DNA from: Salisapilia sapeloensis CBS 127946
Taxonomy: Eukaryota > Protista > Oomycota
Direction of reading: 5' to 3'
DNA: 36,385 nt
Assembly: GCA_023334545.1 (NCBI GenBank)
Contig: JAADVB010000199.1
Location: 1-36,385 of the forward strand
Each line of letters begins with the position of its first letter. Within the stretch, counting starts at the first letter, position 1. Below are positions 29,984-36,385 of the stretch, in pieces. Below the pieces are notes generated by a model, which had not been told where the DNA came from, did not search any database, and worked only from the letters and a program-made list of their open reading frames with translations. A program made the translations under genes and the position numbers.

Positions 29984-30772
29984 ATGTCGCCCGATCCATC
30001 CTCGAAAGACCTCGCGCCCTTCTTGAAAAAGCTCCGACGCATGCTTAATGAAGTACCGACCAACGTCCTCTGCTGGACTCGAGACGGACGAGCGTTTGAA
30101 ATACACGACATGGAGGCCATGACTCGAGATGTCCTGCCAGTCTACTTTAAGCACAACAAGTACTCGTCCTTCCAGCGGCAGCTCAACTACTTCAACTTCC
30201 GCAAGTGGACCAAGTCCAAGGCCGTCGTCTGCACCTTTTCCAACGACTACTTTACTCGCGATCGACCGGATCTGGATATCCACATCAACCGAAAAAAGTC
30301 TCAAAGCGCCATCGTATCCAAGGGCAGTCGCCGTCAGAGCATCAGCCAGCAGACACCTCGCTTTCGACAGCCGGTCTCGTCCATGCCGTTCACGGGTCTC
30401 CATACCCGCATGAACGCTGGATTCATGCCCGGGCGAACGATACCGTCCGGGTATGCGCCTTGGAAAATGAATGAAATGTCCAACAGCGGAAACATGTACA
30501 TGGAGCAGGCTTCGTTCGGCACATTCACTCCACCAAACGTACAGGAGCCTGAAGGCATGATGAAAGCGTTGGAGATGCCTGTTCCGCACGCCATGCCAGA
30601 GAACGACCAAGCTATCTGGATGATGGACGGATTTTTCGCTGGTAGCACCAACCACGATCTTCCCAAGACCGAAGATGACTTTTCGGGTCCATCGATCACC
30701 AAGACATACCTACCATTTCCTAGGTCCACCGCATACAGCTCCCCACGGAAGGAGTTTGATGTGAGCTACTGA
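29984..30772 (+). CDS. HSF-type DNA-binding domain transcription factor, ~262 aa
   Basis: PFLKKLRRML...WTRDGRAFEI...LPVYFKHNKYSSFQRQLNYFNFRK is the HSF DNA-binding domain. The first in-frame ATG is at 29984 (the track start at 29930 is GTG). Confidence 0.93.
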   Translation: MSPDPSSKDLAPFLKKLRRMLNEVPTNVLCWTRDGRAFEIHDMEAMTRDVLPVYFKHNKYSSFQRQLNYFNFRKWTKSKAVVCTFSNDYFTRDRPDLDIHINRKKSQSAIVSKGSRRQSISQQTPRFRQPVSSMPFTGLHTRMNAGFMPGRTIPSGYAPWKMNEMSNSGNMYMEQASFGTFTPPNVQEPEGMMKALEMPVPHAMPENDQAIWMMDGFFAGSTNHDLPKTEDDFSGPSITKTYLPFPRSTAYSSPRKEFDVSY

Positions 30773-33318
30773 ATGTATGAATTCCTTTAAAATAACAGAA
30801 TAAATGTTGGAAGTCGTGTCACGATGAAAGAGTTGCGTGTTTACTCGTATGGGGATTGCGGTACTCGACTATCCGACGCCATGTGACTATCTAAATGACA
30901 GCGTCGCTGGATGCATTCGATAGGAGCACTAAGAGGTTTTTCGAAGCTTGAAACTTATTTAGCGCGTGTGATGATACCAGAATATCAAATCCCATGCATG
31001 GAAGACCCGGTGGTTCGACTAACGTCACTAGCACTGCCCATGGAGCTCCGTTTAGCCGCCTGGAAGCGATCCCAGGTTCTTGCGTCAATGTACGCTCTAT
31101 GACACCAGTCATCACTCATCACATCGTAGAGAAATTTAGCAAACGCAAGTATAATCTTGTAACGAAAGACGAACCGCCCACTAACCTAATCCAAACGGAC
31201 AGCAATTCCTTCCATCGCTTCAAGTCCGTGCGTCGATAAATCGTTCCGTGGAGCACGACTAAAAAAATCTCGCTCTGCTTCTATGAGTGAGCAAAAGAGA
31301 AGCTATCTCAGAATTAATTAATCATTCCTGTCTGAATACATGTATCTGACAGCTCAGGATTCTAAAATTTCCTCTAGTCAGCATCGGGTACCCGTTTCAC
31401 AAGCGTAAAAAGCATTTATGTACCCAGTTCACGGACGTCAGTATCTTCTGCACCATCATCCAGTGGCACTGATAGGAAACACATGGTACTGAACAGGGTG
31501 TCTTTTATCGCTCGGGTCTATTCTAGTCAGTACGACTCCACATTTTATTTATAGCATGAGCGAAAGCATCGGATAATCAAGGTACAAAGCTCACTGCTAA
31601 CTACCCATTCTATATTTTTACTGCGTCACCAGTAGTACCAACCGTACCCAACGAGGTCGTATTCTTCTCATGTCCAGCGCGATCTTAGATGCATCTCTTG
31701 AATATTCACACTCAACCTATCTTGCACTTTTCTGTTGCATTCTTTAGTCACTCCATTGGGTTTCTAATCAATTCTTGCAACCAAAGGCGCCTTGATAAGC
31801 GCAGCACTAAAAAAATTGGATAGCACACACATCCGTGATTAGCTCGGGTTACATGTTATGAGTAATGAACAATGTCCAGAGGTTTGGTCAGCTGAGTGTA
31901 GCAGGTACAACCTCGGAGGTCAGGCGTACGCAAGTAGATTCTGATGAGGTTACCGACTATACTGATTTTGACGAGAAGACACAAGTGAGCCACCAGGCAA
32001 CCACCATTCCTCGGCTAGATGAATTATATGCAATCGCAGTTCGATATTTATGCGTTAATTCCAAATGGAAGGGTCGATAAAGACATCGAACAGGTCCGTT
32101 TCATAGTCATGCCGATTGCACTCGATATTAAGCGTGTTGGATAGTTACATCGAATCTCCCGGCGCATCCATATCTGATTATAACCCACTGGAAGTTGCTT
32201 AGGGCGAGTCAAGAAGCACGGCGATGTGCCATTGAGTTACTGCAAGACCACAACCAATCTATCACTGTACAAAACTATGCTTTAAAGCTTGGCTTCGGCA
32301 GAGATCACAGTAACCTGTGTTGCGTGCATACCGTAGATGATATAGTCTGTCGTTTGGGTCAGGAACCGATACGAAAGCTTCTTCTCCCTATTATTAAGAT
32401 CTGGCACGAATCCTATCAAAACTATTGACTCAGTCTATCGTCAGGACTGATCACAACGGAAGAGACCGTACATTGAACTTTTTGCATTAAGCTGGCAAGT
32501 TCATCCGACCACAAGCACCTTTCAAATGCCAAGTTATTGGTGAGCTTCCAGGCGGCAATGCTCACGTGCTTGTCCCTCCTCTGACGTAAGTTTTCTTCCG
32601 GAGGATCCATAGACTTGCATTCCTTCTCCCTTGCTTTCCCACCGTCACATCGCCGTCCTTATGCATACAACCTTCACGTATGCAATTTGGCTATAGGTGA
32701 AGTGATGACCCAGGTCGACCACAACTTCAATAGCCAAGAAATAAGGTTACCATCCATTTTTGTATCCGCATCCACTATCAACACGAATGCACGGATCTTT
32801 AAAAAAGCGTTTATGAGGGAAGTGACTCTTACACTCAATGAGTTTGCTGCACTAGTTGACATTGTGGCGATCACAATCCTCTATTTTGCCAAGACTCTTC
32901 CTGAAGCCGAGAACACAACATGAATCACATAAAAAAATTTAAATAACCTCTTCTGCTCTTGGCATCATCTATCATTCATCGACGCAAGGATGTGCTATTT
33001 GCTAGATGCTTTGCGTGATGGTAGCCGATATAGCCGGAGGTCATAGACCCCGCCACCTCGTAACTTCGGAAGGAAGCAGAGAGCGTGATGGGCCACTCTT
33101 GCGTATGAGTCTAGCTACAGCCACACACCAGAGCGTACACTCTGCTACTTATTCATCCTATTCAGCTACAATCTTAAGTGGACGCAATATCTTCCTCTAG
33201 ACAATATCAGTACTGCCTCCTTCGTCGTTGACTAACACCTACGCTCAGACATATATTTAAGCAAAACAAGAAACTATCTAACTATACTAGACTCTGTATT
33301 GACTCGCTCCGCCCTGCT

Positions 33319-35539
33319 CTACCTCTTGTCGCCAAAGACACTCCAATCGCCGCTGCTGCCTCTCCTCTTCAACCGCTCTTTCTTCCGGTCATCACTCGGT
33401 TCAAACATCTCGACCAGGTTGCACGAACCGACAAACTCTTCAAATGCCTGTGGCAAGTGGACGCTCGGGTTCTTCCCGTACTGCGCCACGAGAGCCTGCC
33501 GGACATTCTCCGACCTCGCCCACGTCGGAATCTTCTTCTTCCGCCGCCTCTCCCTGTTCGCACTACTGTCGCTGTCGCTGTCTCCCTTCTCGGACATGTC
33601 GTAGCTCTCCTCTTCCTTCGACACGACAGTCGGTGCCGTCGGAAGTGCACTCGCCGTCTCTTCCGGAGGAGGCAGGACATTCGGGGGGTATCTGTAGGTC
33701 GAGCTAGTCTTCCGAATCGCCTCCTTTCTCTTCTCCGCCTTCTTCTGCGCCACCTGTGCTCTGACAGACTCCAGTCGCTGCTTGCGCATGGCCGCCAGCT
33801 GCTCCTCCCTCCGGGTAGCTTCCTGTCGTCTCTTCTCCTGCTCCGCCTCCTTCTTCTTCTCCACCGCCTGCTTCTCCTCTAGCTTCCGCAGCATAGCCTC
33901 CCGTCGCTCCATACGCTCCTTTTGCTTCTGCTCTTCCCTCAGCCGACTCTTCTCCGCAGCCTTCAGAGCGTTCACCTTCGGCACGTTTCTCTCCTTCGGC
34001 TTCGGCTCCTTGGACATCGGCAAGGGTTCATTCGCCTGCTGCTCTGCCCACCACAGCACATAGGCTTTCTGAGCCTCCTTCTCCGACTCGTCCTTGAGTG
34101 GAGCTCGACTACTGTCCTTGTCTTCAGGTACGTATGACGTAGCAGGTCGTTCCTTGACTTCCTGTGGCTTATGCTTCCCTGGATCCGTTTTCGCCTCCCT
34201 CTTCTGACTCGCGACGCTCCTGTGCATAGGTAGAGACACAGACTTTGTCCATGTCTCCTTCTCCCGTCGACTCGCCAGTCGTTCATGAATAGCTCGAACG
34301 TTCTCCTCGAGCTCCCGACGTCTCTCGTCCCGATCGCTCTGGATCTTGGACGACTTTGTCTGAGCATTGGAGTCGCTCTTGCTTCCATCCTCCACAACGC
34401 CACTGGAAGACGTCGTCTGAGCGTCTTTCGCAGACGCTTCGATGCTTTTGGTTGCTGCAATGGCTGCTTGTCTCGCTCTCGTGCGTCGAGGACGAGGTTT
34501 GTCGTCCTGAGGCTTGGTGCTGTTGTCAGGTACAACGTCCTGCTGCAGACGCTGTCGCTTCGCTGCTTGCTCGAACTTTTGAGATAGATTTAGCGTCGTA
34601 ATGGGAGATGAGGCGGATACGTCTTCCTCCTGCATTGTTTCACTCTCTTCTCGTTGTCGCTTCGACGGTGGAGATACCTTGTCATCTTCCTTGATGATCT
34701 CTAGAGGAGTTTCAGGGCAATACGACAAACGATGCGGTACTTCAGACGCATCCGACTCTGGTTCTGGCTCCGATGCATTCGCCTCTCCTTCGAGTGCGAT
34801 GCTCAGTCGATCCACTAGTTCTGACTTGCGACCTGTCACACGCAGACCTCGCTTCTTCAGTTCTGCTTTGAGATCGACGACGCGGCGTTGAAGAAGGTAC
34901 TCAAAACCGGACGAAGGAGGCTGCTGCACCTGTTTCTCTACTGGCTTTACAGGTTCCTTTGCAGGTTTTTCCTTCGGCTGTGAGCTCTGTTTCTCTACTT
35001 CCTTAGCAGGTGCTTCCGTCGGCTGTGGACTCTGCTTTTCTGCTTCCTTGGCATGGTCCTTTGTAGACTCTTTCCTTGGTTCTAAGACCTGTTTCTCTGT
35101 TTCCTTGGCAGGTTTTTTCGTAGTTTTTTCACTTGTTTGTGAAATTTGTTTCTCTACTTCTTCCTCAGGTCTCTCTGTAGAGTCATTGGCGGGATGTGGA
35201 TCTTCATAAATCGGCTCAACGACTGTCTCGATGGCTACTTCCTCCAATGGTTTGTCACCAACAAAATTGTAATCACTAGTGTAAATAGATTAGCTTAGTA
35301 GGTGTAGTTTGACATTGGTATATCGTTTGGAGAACAGAAGATGTGTACTTGCTATCAAAGCCAGTGGGGGACAGCTGAAGAGGGTCTGGCTGGAAAGGGA
35401 GCTCGAATGTGGTGCAGACACGCTGTAATTCATTCTGCAACCAGTCGAGGTGGTGCTGTCGTTGAGTCTCCTGCTGAGTTAGCGCATCAGACGTGAGCTG
35501 CTGAATGCGTCCCTGCAATCTGAAGACAGTTCCTTCCAT
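33319..35539 (-). CDS. INCENP: INCENP homolog (N-terminal CEN-box-like helix, SAP domain, charged coiled coil/SAH, C-terminal IN box), ~715 aa, 2 exons
   Basis: Exon 35539-35349, intron 35276-35348 (GTACAC...CTAAT...TAG), exon 35275-33319. N-terminal QHHLDWLQNELQRVC; SAP domain VVDLKAELKKRGLRVTGRKSELVDRL; E/K/R-rich helix; IN box KIPTWARSE...CNLVEMF...KRRGSSGDW. An additional upstream exon cannot be excluded. Confidence 0.85.
34921..35165 (-). repeat. Degenerate coding tandem repeat (5 x ...KE-x-EKQ...P) in the INCENP N-terminal linker
   Basis: Translation EEVEKQISQ / AKETEKQVLEP / AKEAEKQSPQP / AKEVEKQSSQP / KPVEKQVQQP. Confidence 0.6.
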
Positions 35540-36385
35540 GATGCTCCGGACAAGTCCGCTCTCTTTGGTCACCAGCTAGTGAATAAAGTATGGCAAGATA
35601 GAGATACGAGTACTCTATACTATTTCCTACAAAATGCAGCTTGTAGGTGCAGGAGGAACGAGGTAGGTGACGATAGACAGAGGCCGATAAGCTCACACGG
35701 AAGCCAATTTGGGCGGGAGTTGGTTTTGAATTTGTGTCTTAGAAAATAGATATGCTTTAGTATAGAATATTTACTATCCAAAATAATGCTATCTATGTGA
35801 AATGGGACCTTCAGAAGAAAAAGAATTATCTCTTTTCTTTCTGGAAAACAATACAATTCCAAAGCTTGAGCTTGCAAGAAAGAAGTTAAATGTACTCGTT
35901 TCTAAGCATATTGCAGCTTTTTCACTTTCTGTGAATACAGAGTTAATAGAGTCTTATCCAGCATTTACGAGTAGAAGTATGTCAGAGTGAGATCAAAAGA
36001 AGAAGAACGTTCGTATTGCTTGCCAGCCCGAACGACAGACCACTTTATCTACGCTCCTACAATTAGCACAAGTTTCCTAACTCTTTGACGGAGTAGCACC
36101 GTTCATGTCATCGTCTTTGAAATTGTAATATTTGCTTTCACGCTGCAATGTCAAAGCCCCGTCCGAAAATAGTACTCGGTCGCACGCTACATCTCTTGAA
36201 TAGTCATGTTCAAGACTTCACTCAGCATCAACATGCCAACACAATCCAATTCCCTCGTTCCGACGACTTTGTAGCTCCATCCATCCATCTCTATGACGAT
36301 CCCAGTTGATGCTTTCGGCAGACTTCAAGGGTATATCGTGGTAGCCTCGAGGTCTAGATAGTGTGTTTCATCGCTATCGAATGAG

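Noticed and set aside
31005-31030. GGTTCGACT T-loop-like motif (tRNA?)
   Set aside because: The flanks do not form a T-stem, and no D arm, anticodon arm or acceptor stem is present.
30891-31240. Short ORFs and a broken frame (NLGSLPGG*TELHGQC) that might be a DDE transposase relic
   Set aside because: The resemblance is too weak; no catalytic triad or TIRs identified.
1-36385. Prokaryotic systems (CRISPR arrays, operons, defence islands, rho-independent terminators)
   Set aside because: The window is eukaryotic with spliceosomal introns; no regularly spaced repeat-spacer array was seen.

Overview
Gene-dense eukaryotic DNA, most likely an oomycete or related stramenopile (inferred from oomycete-type bZIP/START-like, START-FYVE and HSF families and many short GT-AG introns). 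I reconstructed about 20 protein-coding genes by hand, 14 of them spliced. They have 27 introns of 48-92 nt, so many ORF-track starts (TTG/GTG) are really exon interiors. Recognisable genes: phosphoacetylglucosamine mutase (PGM3), an OST3/OST6-family subunit, 40S RPS3a, a BART-domain protein, an LRR protein, COA3, an IPC/sphingomyelin-synthase-family enzyme, TIPIN/Csm3, MIS12, an HSF-type factor and INCENP. The most notable items are unusual domain architectures among chromosome-cycle and membrane-trafficking proteins: INCENP with an internal SAP domain, a CLASP-N/TOG + CAP-Gly fusion, FHA + a forkhead-like winged-helix remnant, and FYVE-RING-zinc ribbon. Also notable are several small spliced genes invisible to the ORF track (secreted/ER 108 aa, mitochondrial 106 aa, basic 77 aa) and E2F/CHR-like motifs upstream of the cell-cycle genes. 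AT-richer gene-poor stretches (1-1350, 22900-24000, 30800-33300, 35700-end) may hold decayed transposon or pseudogene remnants. No rRNA, tRNA, CRISPR array or intact mobile element was found. All family assignments come from motif recognition, not database searches.
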